From a virus (lineage: Duplodnaviria > Caudoviricetes): 44,451 nucleotides of DNA. The notes beneath the pieces are model-generated. The model was not told the origin of the DNA. It saw only the letters and a list, made by a program, of their open reading frames with translations, and made no database searches. Positions 17,048-26,437 of the stretch are shown in pieces (position 1 is the stretch's first letter; every line of letters begins with the position of its first letter). The position numbers and the translations under genes were made by a program. Where the stretch lies: IMG/VR virus record IMGVR_UViG_3300037522_000072, positions 1 to 44,451 of that record; one strand, 5' to 3'.

Positions 17048-17174
17048 TCTTGGCGAACCAGAACAAGAAGAACCGATTATGGTTCCTGCACCACCGCGAC
17101 GGATACCGAGAGAAGAACCGAGTCCGAAGCCGGTGGAAGAACCAGTGAGAAAACCGGAGAAGGTGCCGGCGTGA
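17040..17174 (+). CDS. 44-aa Glu/Pro-rich peptide (MGDLGEPEQEEP...)
   Basis: GAGGA RBS; overlaps upstream stop; GTGA overlap downstream. Confidence 0.7.
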   Translation: MGDLGEPEQEEPIMVPAPPRRIPREEPSPKPVEEPVRKPEKVPA

Positions 17175-17311
17175 AGTGTCCAACGTGTGACGGCAACGGG
17201 TGCGAAGAGGGGTGTGGGCTGCGTGGTGGATGCACTTATGTCTACGCCGGCCCCGATTCACATAGACGTTGTAGAGCGTGCAACGGGACGGGGAAGAAGG
17301 AAGAAGAGTGA
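17171..17311 (+). CDS. 46-aa DnaJ-type zinc-finger miniprotein
   Basis: Hand-translated MKCPTCDGNG...CRACNGTG; GTGA overlaps on both sides. Confidence 0.65.
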   Translation: MKCPTCDGNGCEEGCGLRGGCTYVYAGPDSHRRCRACNGTGKKEEE

Positions 17312-17514
17312 CCAGCGTCAAGAGGACGGTGAGGAAAGATGGGTCGATCCGTGTTCGTTACGTTGCCAGACCCCGTGGTCTTGGTGGAATCCCCATCTTC
17401 CTGGGTGAGAAGGTCACAAGAGAAGAGGCACTCGAGACTGAGCGTCTATTCCGAGAGAAGCGCATGGAACGGCTCGAGGCAGACCGACGTGGAAGAAGAA
17501 GGGTGAGACGGTGA
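17308..17514 (+). CDS. basic hypothetical protein
   Basis: GTGA overlaps. Confidence 0.55.
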   Translation: MTSVKRTVRKDGSIRVRYVARPRGLGGIPIFLGEKVTREEALETERLFREKRMERLEADRRGRRRVRR

Positions 17515-17702
17515 TGAAGGGCTGGTTCCTCGCGTACTGGATCGGTGGACCATTTGACGGAAAGTGGTTAGCCGCGACAGAACGACAATGGAAACAAATC
17601 GTGGACGGTGGTGTAGCTGAATATCTACCGGAGTGGCAGATGGCGGGGCCGTACCCGGTGATGGTCATGTGCTATCAGGAGTCGTTAACAAATGCCGTCT
17701 GA
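17511..17702 (+). CDS. hypothetical protein (GGPFDG motif)
   Basis: GGPxDG motif typical of small actinophage proteins. Confidence 0.6.
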   Translation: MMKGWFLAYWIGGPFDGKWLAATERQWKQIVDGGVAEYLPEWQMAGPYPVMVMCYQESLTNAV

Positions 17703-17928
17703 GTGCATTCATGGGCTCGAGTTTGGCTGCACCATCTGTAGTGGTATGGACAAAGATGATCCACCTGAGGAAATCATCGCCCACTTCCACGCGAAATACG
17801 AAGGGCAGTGTTCCGGGTGCAATCTCCCCATTCATCTAGGGGAACACTGCGTGAAGCTCTCGAGTGAACGTGTCGTCCACTACGACGCGCACCAAGTTCG
17901 ACTCTTGGAGTTGACCAATGCCATCTGA
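17692..17928 (+). CDS. small Zn-binding hypothetical protein
   Basis: CIHG..CTIC and AKYEGQCSGC motifs. Confidence 0.65.
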   Translation: MPSECIHGLEFGCTICSGMDKDDPPEEIIAHFHAKYEGQCSGCNLPIHLGEHCVKLSSERVVHYDAHQVRLLELTNAI

Positions 17929-18202
17929 AGAACTTCTCGAGCCTTACTACATCGTGCGGGTAGTTGCACCATGTGAATGTGGTCAGTTGGATTACGCCGA
18001 GCACTACATACTCCGCGTGCACGCAACGGGTGAGATCCTCGCGCACGTTCTCGAGTATGTAGTGGTGTTGTTGTGGGAGGAACTCAAGAAGCATCGTGAC
18101 GCTGACGGGTCCACCGCGATTCTTGAGAAGGCCATCTGGTCCTGCCAACGGCCACTCGCGCGCCGGGACTACCGCGCTGACCGAGACGAGCTGTTTGGCT
18201 GA
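17918..18202 (+). CDS. hypothetical protein
   Basis: GGAG RBS; last gene of the left arm. Confidence 0.55.
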   Translation: MPSEELLEPYYIVRVVAPCECGQLDYAEHYILRVHATGEILAHVLEYVVVLLWEELKKHRDADGSTAILEKAIWSCQRPLARRDYRADRDELFG

Positions 18203-18252
18203 CCAGGGCATTTGCCACCATTCCGCCTGAGCTGCCCTCACGGCTCACGCGT

Positions 18253-18284
18253 GAGCGCCCCGCGCCATTGTGCGCGGGGCGCTC
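18253..18284. terminator. bidirectional terminator-like hairpin between the convergent arms
   Basis: GAGCGCCCCGCGC / GCGCGGGGCGCTC 13-bp perfect stem. Confidence 0.7.
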
Positions 18285-18358
18285 TGGATTTCAACCACGG
18301 GCTAATCTAGCCCTGTGGATATCTCCGATCGGAGCTGCCGGCGAAGTGCGGCCATACT

Positions 18359-18676
18359 TCAGTCGCCGCCCGGAGGTAGATGCGGCGCGACTCGAGACGT
18401 GACGTCGATCGCGTTCGATTTGTAGGCCGGCGCGCGAGCTGCACCCAACAACCAACCGAACCACGGTGCGACATAAACCTCAAGCACACGTACAACGAGG
18501 TAGTACGCCGCGGTAATGACTGCGGTGACAAACGCCGTTGCTGTCGCATCATCGAGTGTTGCACCAAGTCCTGTCGCCCAGGTGATGATGACCGCGACGA
18601 TCGGAGGAACAAATGTGCGGACAATGGAAAGGCCGAGTTCCTTTATGGGAGTTTCGACCGGTGTGGGTAGTGCCAT
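18359..18676 (-). CDS. holin
   Basis: Two hydrophobic segments, 'YYLVVRVLE...GWLLG' actinophage holin-like; downstream of endolysin. Confidence 0.75.
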   Translation of the reverse strand: MALPTPVETPIKELGLSIVRTFVPPIVAVIITWATGLGATLDDATATAFVTAVITAAYYLVVRVLEVYVAPWFGWLLGAARAPAYKSNAIDVTSRVAPHLPPGGD

Positions 18677-18678
18677 TG

Positions 18679-19008
18679 TTATTCTCCTTCTAGGTGGTCC
18701 TTGAAAGACTTACTGAGAGTGTCGAGCTTTGACTTGGTTTGGTCTGCCTTGTATGAAACGCCATCGACCTTACGATCCACTCTGTCAATCTTGGTGTCAA
18801 TACCATTGACAAGGGAGTAGATGTCGGGGAAGTCTTGAGGACGTGAGTTCACTGCGCGGTTGATCTCACCAACCTGAAGTGACATGCTCTGGCCGACATC
18901 ACGACTCTTGCGCGCGCTCATCCAAGCAAACGTGCCGGCAATGGTCGGTGGAATCGCCGCCACGGTAACAAGCACGATGCCCTCAATTAGTGACAACGCT
19001 GCTAGCAT
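18679..19008 (-). CDS. lysis-cassette membrane protein with coiled coil
   Basis: N-terminal TM segment then heptad repeats; between endolysin and holin. Confidence 0.65.
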   Translation of the reverse strand: MLAALSLIEGIVLVTVAAIPPTIAGTFAWMSARKSRDVGQSMSLQVGEINRAVNSRPQDFPDIYSLVNGIDTKIDRVDRKVDGVSYKADQTKSKLDTLSKSFKDHLEGE

Positions 19009-19034
19009 GTCCGTGCCCCGAATCTGGTTGCGCT

Positions 19035-19122
19035 CGCCTCGAGCCGTTGGATAGGATGGGCTCGAGGCGCTCCCCTTGCGCTCGCTCCCACCGGCCCCCG
19101 GATCTCACCCTGGGGGCCGGTG
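19035..19122. promoter_or_regulatory. two 11-bp hairpins within the lysis cassette
   Basis: 19035-45/19059-69 and 19089-99/19112-22. Confidence 0.55.
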
Positions 19123-19138
19123 CGCGTTCACCCCTGCG

Positions 19139-19822
19139 TTACTGTGTGGCGACGACATTGACGATACGAAAGTCGATCAACGCCGTTCCACCATCGACGT
19201 CAGCGCGATGATCCTCGAGCACTTTGCCGGCGAAGAAGTAGAGCCCTTGCGCGTACGCAACTGTGTCGGGATTCGGCATGTGTGACGCGAGCTTGGTGAC
19301 ACCATTGACGAGAAACTCGCCGCGGTCACGGTGTTTGATGAGAAAGTCGTTGTCAACCTTCATATTCTCTTCCTCTGGTTGTGGTGATGGTGTTGGCGCG
19401 GGGAGTTCGGGTAGTGGGCCACGATTCGGATCAAGAATCCAATGCCAGTCTTCAGACTTGACCGACGCGAGTAATCCAGCTTCGACCCAAATGGCGTTGG
19501 CCGCGGGGATTGAACGTGGGCCTGGTGACCAATCCCCTGCCTTCCCTTTCTCATGATCACTGGTACCGGGGATCGCGGTAACCGGATGACACAACAACGG
19601 CGACTTCTGGTAGATGTCGAAGTGAGTTGGACCACAGTTCTGTATGCGAAGACGAACCTGATGATCATTGGAACGCCAACCCGACACGAGGATGAAGTAG
19701 ATGCCCAGCTCGTCAAGGCACCGTCGACGCGCGTAGTTGCTACGAACCCACAGTTCTTCCTCCATTTGCACGGCGTTACCCTGATCGCCGTCCCACATCG
19801 GAGTCTGCACAAGATCAGCCAT
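19139..19822 (-). CDS. endolysin, M15-family Zn peptidase
   Basis: SGWRS...Q, PGTSDHEKGKAGD (SxHxxGxAxD), EDWH; Pro linker and C-terminal putative binding domain. Confidence 0.85.
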   Translation of the reverse strand: MADLVQTPMWDGDQGNAVQMEEELWVRSNYARRRCLDELGIYFILVSGWRSNDHQVRLRIQNCGPTHFDIYQKSPLLCHPVTAIPGTSDHEKGKAGDWSPGPRSIPAANAIWVEAGLLASVKSEDWHWILDPNRGPLPELPAPTPSPQPEEENMKVDNDFLIKHRDRGEFLVNGVTKLASHMPNPDTVAYAQGLYFFAGKVLEDHRADVDGGTALIDFRIVNVVATQ

Positions 19823-20126
19823 GTGCTACCTCACCGAAGTCATGTCCGACCGCGCGCAACTTGGCGCGTATCGCATCGTCGTTGTTTCCTCTCGGTACCG
19901 GGTACAGATCCTCCATGAACTCGTCAGTCGTCACTCCCAACGCGCGACAAAGACGAAACTTCATGGTTGGTGACGGAGGTTTCTTCCCGGAAAGAAGATT
20001 GGTGATGGTGCGATCGGAGCAGTCACATTTCGCCGCAAGTTGATGCACCGCGATCCCGCGTTGTTTCATCAACTTGCCAAGTTTGGTGTGTGTCGATGGG
20101 CGTTTGCCTTTGCCATTAGCACCCAT
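19815..20126 (-). CDS. XRE-family helix-turn-helix protein
   Basis: LGKLMKQRGI...QLAAKCDCSDRTITNLLSGKKPPS...LCRALGV. Confidence 0.85.
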   Translation of the reverse strand: MGANGKGKRPSTHTKLGKLMKQRGIAVHQLAAKCDCSDRTITNLLSGKKPPSPTMKFRLCRALGVTTDEFMEDLYPVPRGNNDDAIRAKLRAVGHDFGEVAHG

Positions 20127-23100
20127 CAGAGACTAAACACCGCCTCGCGTAGAGACGTGAGGATGTTTGGCGCCGTACCAGGATTGGCTTGGTACGCGCC
20201 GAGCTGACCTTGACGCTTGAGTTGATTCACTGTCTCAACTACCCCCTCGAGAGACGGATATTTGCGTAGATCACTGGTGTCACCCTTGAGAGCCTTCTTC
20301 AGAGCGTCGCGCAGTCCTTCATCACGCGCGATCTCAGCTTTGAAATGCTCTTGAGGAAGATTGATGTCTTTGACGACAACAGGAAGGCCAAGCTGAGAAC
20401 GGAGGTACCGTCCGGCAGCCTTCGGGTCACGTTCGTAAAGGGATTTGTATTCATCCGATGCACCCGCAAGTCCAGCCAAGACACGAGTTTGAGGAATGGT
20501 GTTCTGGATGAGGTTCATCGCGGGGTTGCCAGCGTCAGCCTTCAATCGACCGGTGCGTGGATCGTACTGAAGGTTTGGGTACAGCTCCGGACCACCTTGT
20601 GCAGTGTTGACACCAAGCTGCTCGAGGATCGTGCCAACAATCGGGTTCGTATTCCCCGCCAAACCAGCCAACGTCATCATCGACGCGACATCCCGGAACG
20701 GATTCATACCACCAAAGTTGACGGTGGTGACATTGCCACGCTCGTCTGGTTCTCCGAGTACAAACGCGCTGAGAAACGATTGGGGGATGCCGGTACCCAA
20801 GTCTTCGATTTCGTTACGCGCGAACGAGCCCATGAGAGACGCGCGAATTGGATGATCGAACGGGTAGGTCATCGCATACTTGAAGATGTGTGACATGAAC
20901 CCATAAAACGGAAAGACATGACGAATTACTTGGCGTTCGATCGGCGTCATCGAATCCCACGACTGCATGATCTTGCGCGCTTTGGTTAGCCCGGCAACTT
21001 GTGCAGCTTCGGGAGTTAGGCCACGGGTAAGCGACTTGTCGAACCCCTCGAGGTAGGCCATGACACGGTAGGTGTCATCGAAGAACGCGTTCATGTTGAA
21101 CGACTTCTCGATAACCTTCTGGCCGGCGTCAGTTACCTTCTCGAGCGACTGAATATACGCGTGGCCGCGTGGATGATTTGCTGCGGCCTGATCCGCAAGA
21201 CGTTTGAGCGTCTTAGTCCCGTAGTAGTTGAACTCGATTGTGTCGCGGCCGATAGTGCCCAAGGATCGGCGTAAAGCATCTGGCAATCCACCCGTGTCTG
21301 CGAGGCGTCCTATCTCGCCAGTACCGCCAGCTTTCACATCTTTGAGGATCGCGCGCGCGTCCCCGAGATATCTCCACACACCAGGGCCGGTACGCGCCTG
21401 TAACATGGCAGCGCCACCGATGATGTTGTAGATATGCCAACGAGGGGACAGAGGAAGAAGCGCGGTACGAAACGCTGTCATAATCGGATCAAGAGGGGAA
21501 GTGAGCTTGCCAGGACCGGGTGCCATACGCTTCAGGTTGTTCTGCACAGCCTTCGGCAGCCACAAGTTCTCACCAGAACCTGCGGTTACTTTACCGGCTT
21601 TCCACGGTGTCATCTCACCTGGCGTCCACTGGCCCCACTCCCGATTCATCAATTCCTGTAGATGACCGGTCACGTCCTTCGATGGGTCCACCTTCGCACG
21701 CGCTTGCGCGGCGGGCATGTACCGCTGAGTGAGTTCGTTCGTGGTATGCGCCATCGTGTCTTTGAGCGTGTCAACAAACTGCTCCGAAACCTTACGGTTG
21801 ATGAGTTCCATCGCCTGATGACCAAGCGCGATGTTCATGTCCTGCGCGTGAGGGGTCATATCCATTGTGCGTTTCTTGACTTGAGAGACCGTGTTGAGAG
21901 TCTCACGAATCTGTGGATACTGAAGTGCGATCTCAGCATTGGTTGGCGCGCGATGGACAAAGATTGGGTCATGGCCTGAGGCTTTGAGTTCCCCCCACAT
22001 CCTCCCGGCATCTTCCATGAAGTCCTTACGTAGACCTTCATCCCACCCATCAATCGCGGTGTAATTCCGATCCGCAAAGGCTTGCATGATTGCCGCTTCT
22101 TGGGTATCTGAAGCCGCGTTCGCAACGTAGTGACGTTGGAGACGCGACATAGCCTCACGTTCGACTAGAGGTTGAAACCGCGCTGGAACCGATTCGTCTA
22201 AGACACGTTTGTGAACTTTGTCGGCAGCTACCGCGCGTCGGATGTCGGTACGGATGTTGGCGATGGCAGCAAGAGATTGATTCCCGCGTGGTCCGGGGAG
22301 TGGCCCGACATTTCGCGTGGCACCAAGAAGCGTCTTTCCACGCATGAGCCCGTTGTAAACCTTGAGAGCTTCAGCGTACTCGCCGGCGCGGAGATGGTCG
22401 ATGAGTGGTTGGATTCGGGCATCATTGGTAGCCACCTGCTCGAGACGGGGGATGACATCAACTTGGATTTTGCCGGTAGCAGACGCAGCCTGCTTTGATC
22501 GAGTACGGATCTTTGAGGCAGTAGATGGGTCGTAGAACTCGCCACCCAATTCGTCCATCAAATCCATGGCTGTCGCGGTATTACCCAACTGACGGGTCTG
22601 CTCGCGATACGACTCGAGATATGCAAGCTCATTCGGTGGGAGTTGTTGCACCGCGTCATCAGTCGAACGGAACATTTCTGCGATCGGCTTGAGTTCGATA
22701 GCACGCTGTGACGTAACACCGAACTCTTTCTCCGCGCGCCCATACACGAATTCAGCGGCCTGTTGCGCGCGAACAAGATCAGGGTCAACCGTCTTCTCCG
22801 TACCTTGAAGAATGCCGCGCGCCTGCGCGCTAGCTTGTGCTTCAAGTTGAGAAACTTGCTTCGACTCTTTGCCAAAGGTTTCACGAAGAAGAAGACCGGG
22901 CTTTGTATGAGAGAGAGGATCGGTAATGCGACCGAGCTTCCCAGGGATCAACGCGCCAGACTCATCTAGAGTCTTCGTAGCCATCGCGCGTAGAGGGTTG
23001 ATTCCCTGAGCTTTCGCAGCCTTGCCAAGCGCCGTAGACGCGGCTGCCTTCTGTGCTCCGGGGATGACATCGAGTGCGGTGAAGACGGGGTTCTCGAGGG

Positions 23101-23683
23101 CGGTGGTGATACCTTCTGGTCCTTCGGCGATGTTGCCAACGGTGTACGCTCCTGGAATCAGACGCACACCCGGTGCGCGCGCAATAGCTGAGATCGGGTT
23201 CATACCCGCTTCTTGGTTCTCGCGTACCTTTGACGCGAACTGTGGAAGTTCTTTGATCTCTTGCACTGCCGCGAATGGGAGCTTCGGGATAGAAGTAACG
23301 AGGTCCTGAATGTTGGAGATCGCATTTCCCCACACATTGACCGCAGACTTCTTCGGCTCCGGTGTAATTGCTTTGTTCTGAATCGCGCTGAGAACGGCAA
23401 GAGAAGTCTGCCGACGTGAGATTGGTGGCTGACCACGCTGCACACGTTGAAGGTCGAAGTCAATGAGCGCGTTACGAATCTCCGGTGGTACCTGCTCGAG
23501 ATCGCTACCGATGTCGTTGTATTTGTTGACGAACGATCGTTGCGCGCGAGGAAGATTGACCGAGACGGGAGAACTGGGATCGGCTTCGGTGGGGAACGCT
23601 GGTGCGTACTCAGGTGACGATTGAAAGAGTTCGGTTCCAGGTGGTTGAGTGCCGTATCCGTAGTCCGGTTCAAGTGTGCTCAT
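20126..23683 (-). CDS. large internal virion (DNA ejection) protein
   Basis: 1185 aa, helical and Ala-rich, last of the structural operon; 'FPFYGF' motif typical of podovirus ejection proteins. Confidence 0.7.
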   Translation of the reverse strand: MSTLEPDYGYGTQPPGTELFQSSPEYAPAFPTEADPSSPVSVNLPRAQRSFVNKYNDIGSDLEQVPPEIRNALIDFDLQRVQRGQPPISRRQTSLAVLSAIQNKAITPEPKKSAVNVWGNAISNIQDLVTSIPKLPFAAVQEIKELPQFASKVRENQEAGMNPISAIARAPGVRLIPGAYTVGNIAEGPEGITTALENPVFTALDVIPGAQKAAASTALGKAAKAQGINPLRAMATKTLDESGALIPGKLGRITDPLSHTKPGLLLRETFGKESKQVSQLEAQASAQARGILQGTEKTVDPDLVRAQQAAEFVYGRAEKEFGVTSQRAIELKPIAEMFRSTDDAVQQLPPNELAYLESYREQTRQLGNTATAMDLMDELGGEFYDPSTASKIRTRSKQAASATGKIQVDVIPRLEQVATNDARIQPLIDHLRAGEYAEALKVYNGLMRGKTLLGATRNVGPLPGPRGNQSLAAIANIRTDIRRAVAADKVHKRVLDESVPARFQPLVEREAMSRLQRHYVANAASDTQEAAIMQAFADRNYTAIDGWDEGLRKDFMEDAGRMWGELKASGHDPIFVHRAPTNAEIALQYPQIRETLNTVSQVKKRTMDMTPHAQDMNIALGHQAMELINRKVSEQFVDTLKDTMAHTTNELTQRYMPAAQARAKVDPSKDVTGHLQELMNREWGQWTPGEMTPWKAGKVTAGSGENLWLPKAVQNNLKRMAPGPGKLTSPLDPIMTAFRTALLPLSPRWHIYNIIGGAAMLQARTGPGVWRYLGDARAILKDVKAGGTGEIGRLADTGGLPDALRRSLGTIGRDTIEFNYYGTKTLKRLADQAAANHPRGHAYIQSLEKVTDAGQKVIEKSFNMNAFFDDTYRVMAYLEGFDKSLTRGLTPEAAQVAGLTKARKIMQSWDSMTPIERQVIRHVFPFYGFMSHIFKYAMTYPFDHPIRASLMGSFARNEIEDLGTGIPQSFLSAFVLGEPDERGNVTTVNFGGMNPFRDVASMMTLAGLAGNTNPIVGTILEQLGVNTAQGGPELYPNLQYDPRTGRLKADAGNPAMNLIQNTIPQTRVLAGLAGASDEYKSLYERDPKAAGRYLRSQLGLPVVVKDINLPQEHFKAEIARDEGLRDALKKALKGDTSDLRKYPSLEGVVETVNQLKRQGQLGAYQANPGTAPNILTSLREAVFSL

Positions 23684-25155
23684 CCACCAGCCGCCTGAGC
23701 CAACGCCGCGAGAGAGTCATCAGATGAACCCCCACCAGATTGTGCTTGAGCTTGCGCGGCCTGAATCGCCATGAGCGCCGGTAGTGCTTGTGCGGAATTG
23801 AGATATGCAGCCGCCTGTTCATCAGCACTGGCACGACGATTCGCGGCTTGAAGACGGACAGCATCAGCCACGGCCGGCGATGACATACGTCCGGCGATTT
23901 CATCGAAGACTGCCGCGTTGGCATAAGCCGAATTGCGGGACCGTTCCGTTTGGGGCTGCATGTAATTGGCGATAGCAGCCTGCATACCGAGCATTCGTTC
24001 TGGTGACATCGGATTGGGGGTGTACGTCTTGATGGCGTTCTCAGCCTGATCCAAGATCGTCTTCCGCGCTGTCTTGTCGTCACCGGCCAACTCAAGCCCG
24101 ACGTTGACTTGAGTGAGTAAATCCTTCTGATCTGAAGACGTCATACCAACCTTGGTCGCGAGATTCGACAACGCGCCAAGACGCGAGTTGAACTTCATCT
24201 CTTCCTTCTTCTTGGACGCGTCGTCACTCGAGCCCATGAGAATGTTCCCGACACCACCAATGGCCGCGCCACCAAGCGCACCAACGGCGGTACCAAGACC
24301 AGGCATCACCATCGAACCCAACCCGGCACCGATACCCGCGCCGCCAATCGCACCGGTCAACCCACGATCCAGATTTGAGTTCTTCCCACCAACATCCAAC
24401 GGGTCGATGAGATGCGTTGCCGCGAGAGTGCCACCCAGCCCGTACAACCCACCACGAATCGCGCCACCAGCCTTCAAACCGGTAGCAAGTCGCCCAGCAC
24501 CCTCAGCCGCGAACGGGGTGACTTGTGCGCCACCGGCCGTCGCGAGTTTGGTGCCGAGGGTACCGAGCGACTTTCCCGCTGCTTGACGAGCCATCGCATT
24601 CTCCGCGAACGCACCCAGAGGACCACGCGCGAATGTGGGCGCGGCTTGTGCTGCCGACCCTGCTACTGATGCCGTCGTAGGTGCGGCCGAAGCAACCTGT
24701 GAACCAAGACCCGGAACCTGTTGTGTCGCGGTCGCGGGAAAACCGTTGGGGCTCATCCCCATAACACCTTGAGGAACGGCACCAGTCGGCGCCATCGGTG
24801 AACCGGGAATAGCTTGGCCGGCGTTGAGCGCGCGCAACCCTTGGCTTGGGCGCATGGGCAAAGCGCGCTCAGCAACACCGGCTGACGGTCCTCCTGCGAG
24901 CTGGCCTGTCAACGCTGACTGACCTACAGGTGTACCCAGCCACTGAGCCGCGCCCTGCCCACGTCCGTACGCGCCGGAGACGGCACCACCCAACCTTGTT
25001 TGAGCGGGAAGAACAGACGGCATACGTTGACCGGTACGAGGGTCAATCAGCGTGGAAGTCGCGGGACCAGTTGGCGCGGTTGGACCCATCGCGGTGATTT
25101 GCGCGAGGATCTGTTGAAGACCGGCAGTTGATGGACCGGATGGTGCTGTAGGCAT
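23680..25155 (-). CDS. internal virion/ejection protein with glycine zipper
   Basis: Ala/Gly-rich, GAGIGAGLG...GAAIGG; GGAG RBS and TGATG start at 25155. Confidence 0.65.
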   Translation of the reverse strand: MPTAPSGPSTAGLQQILAQITAMGPTAPTGPATSTLIDPRTGQRMPSVLPAQTRLGGAVSGAYGRGQGAAQWLGTPVGQSALTGQLAGGPSAGVAERALPMRPSQGLRALNAGQAIPGSPMAPTGAVPQGVMGMSPNGFPATATQQVPGLGSQVASAAPTTASVAGSAAQAAPTFARGPLGAFAENAMARQAAGKSLGTLGTKLATAGGAQVTPFAAEGAGRLATGLKAGGAIRGGLYGLGGTLAATHLIDPLDVGGKNSNLDRGLTGAIGGAGIGAGLGSMVMPGLGTAVGALGGAAIGGVGNILMGSSDDASKKKEEMKFNSRLGALSNLATKVGMTSSDQKDLLTQVNVGLELAGDDKTARKTILDQAENAIKTYTPNPMSPERMLGMQAAIANYMQPQTERSRNSAYANAAVFDEIAGRMSSPAVADAVRLQAANRRASADEQAAAYLNSAQALPALMAIQAAQAQAQSGGGSSDDSLAALAQAAGG

Positions 25156-25313
25156 CAGTTGCTCCTGGGAACGCACTGAAGAAATGCAACACGCGCATAC
25201 TTCGCTTGATCAGAGTCCTTGCCGTACCAAAGTTCGTATTCGGATATGTATTGGTCCGCTTCTTCTTGTGTGAGGATCTGCCCGCAACACATCGCTTTAC
25301 TGGGTGGCGGCAT
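25155..25313 (-). CDS. small hypothetical protein (52 aa, MPPPSKAMCCGQ...)
   Basis: Hand-translated; AGGA RBS; TGATG overlap. Confidence 0.5.
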   Translation of the reverse strand: MPPPSKAMCCGQILTQEEADQYISEYELWYGKDSDQAKYARVAFLQCVPRSN

Positions 25314-25321
25314 AAGACGTC

Positions 25322-26434
25322 CTATCCGGGGAAGTAGCCGGCCGCGCCAACCGCTTGCTGAATGATCTGTGCGGCGAGAGCTTGTTGTTGCGCATCGTTG
25401 GACGACATCGCGTCCATGAGCTGACCAACCGACATCGTTTGATCGAGGTTGAGACGCGCGAGCCCTTGCTGAAGTTGGGCGCCAAGAATGTCACCTTGCA
25501 CGCCGAGCTTTGCGGCTTCATTATCGAGTGTCTTCTGGCGGTCACCCAAGCGCGCTTGTTGCTCCGCGGTGCTCATGCGACCTAGTTCTTGGTCGAAGAG
25601 AAGATTGGACTGTGATCGTTCCGTACCTGTTTGCAGCTTCTCTTGCTCGATGTTGATGCCGGCTATTTGTTGCGCGAGGTTGTTCTGTATATCGGTACGT
25701 TGCGTGTTTGTGCCGGCTGCCGTGTAAGCACCACGCGCGGTTGCGTCCGAGTTCAAGTTGCCGGTGGTCTGTTCGGCACCAAGATTCGCTTGGTTGCGCT
25801 GAACTTGAAGACCACCCAAACCAGAGCGATAGTCACGATCCAGATACCCAAGCATCGCCGCAGTTTGACGATCCTTAGTTCCCTGCACGTTACCGTAGTA
25901 ACCAATTTGACGATTCAATCCGCCACGTTCGATGTCGATGTTGCCGCGGTCATAACCAAGTAGCTGACGACGGAGATCGGATTCACGCGTCATCCCTGAA
26001 GCTTGCTGACCATATGAAGCATTGATCAGAGGAATGCGTGCTTGCTGCGCGTCATACTGACCGCGCATTGCTGCGGCTTGGCCAGCGTTCACAGTAGTGT
26101 AAAACCCAAGTGACTGTTGATATTGTGCTTCGGCTTGGGCTCGAGCTGCCGCGTCATTCTGTCGTCGTTGCTCATCTTCTGCATACGCGTTCGCCGCGCC
26201 ACGACCAACGTTGTAGCCCATGTTGTTCTGACCGGTGGCGGGAGGGGCAGCTTGCGCGTTACCAACAACCGAACCATCAGGAAGCTTGTACTTGGTCTGG
26301 CCGTTCTCTTCCCACTTGTCGATATACCCACCAGGTGCATCCGAACTCGCGAACGTATTCATCTGAGACGCGAGAGGGGAGGATGTTGGCGCTTTGTAAT
26401 TGGGGCGGACCGCGAAAGTTGATGCAGTAGGCAT
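25322..26434 (-). CDS. internal virion/ejection protein (Gln-rich coiled coil)
   Basis: Q/A/G-rich helical sequence directly after the tail adaptor. Confidence 0.65.
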   Translation of the reverse strand: MPTASTFAVRPNYKAPTSSPLASQMNTFASSDAPGGYIDKWEENGQTKYKLPDGSVVGNAQAAPPATGQNNMGYNVGRGAANAYAEDEQRRQNDAAARAQAEAQYQQSLGFYTTVNAGQAAAMRGQYDAQQARIPLINASYGQQASGMTRESDLRRQLLGYDRGNIDIERGGLNRQIGYYGNVQGTKDRQTAAMLGYLDRDYRSGLGGLQVQRNQANLGAEQTTGNLNSDATARGAYTAAGTNTQRTDIQNNLAQQIAGINIEQEKLQTGTERSQSNLLFDQELGRMSTAEQQARLGDRQKTLDNEAAKLGVQGDILGAQLQQGLARLNLDQTMSVGQLMDAMSSNDAQQQALAAQIIQQAVGAAGYFPG

Positions 26435-26437
26435 TAG

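Noticed and set aside
20126-25155. Tape measure protein
   Set aside because: No major tail protein, tail chaperone frameshift or baseplate genes; context fits podovirus ejection proteins
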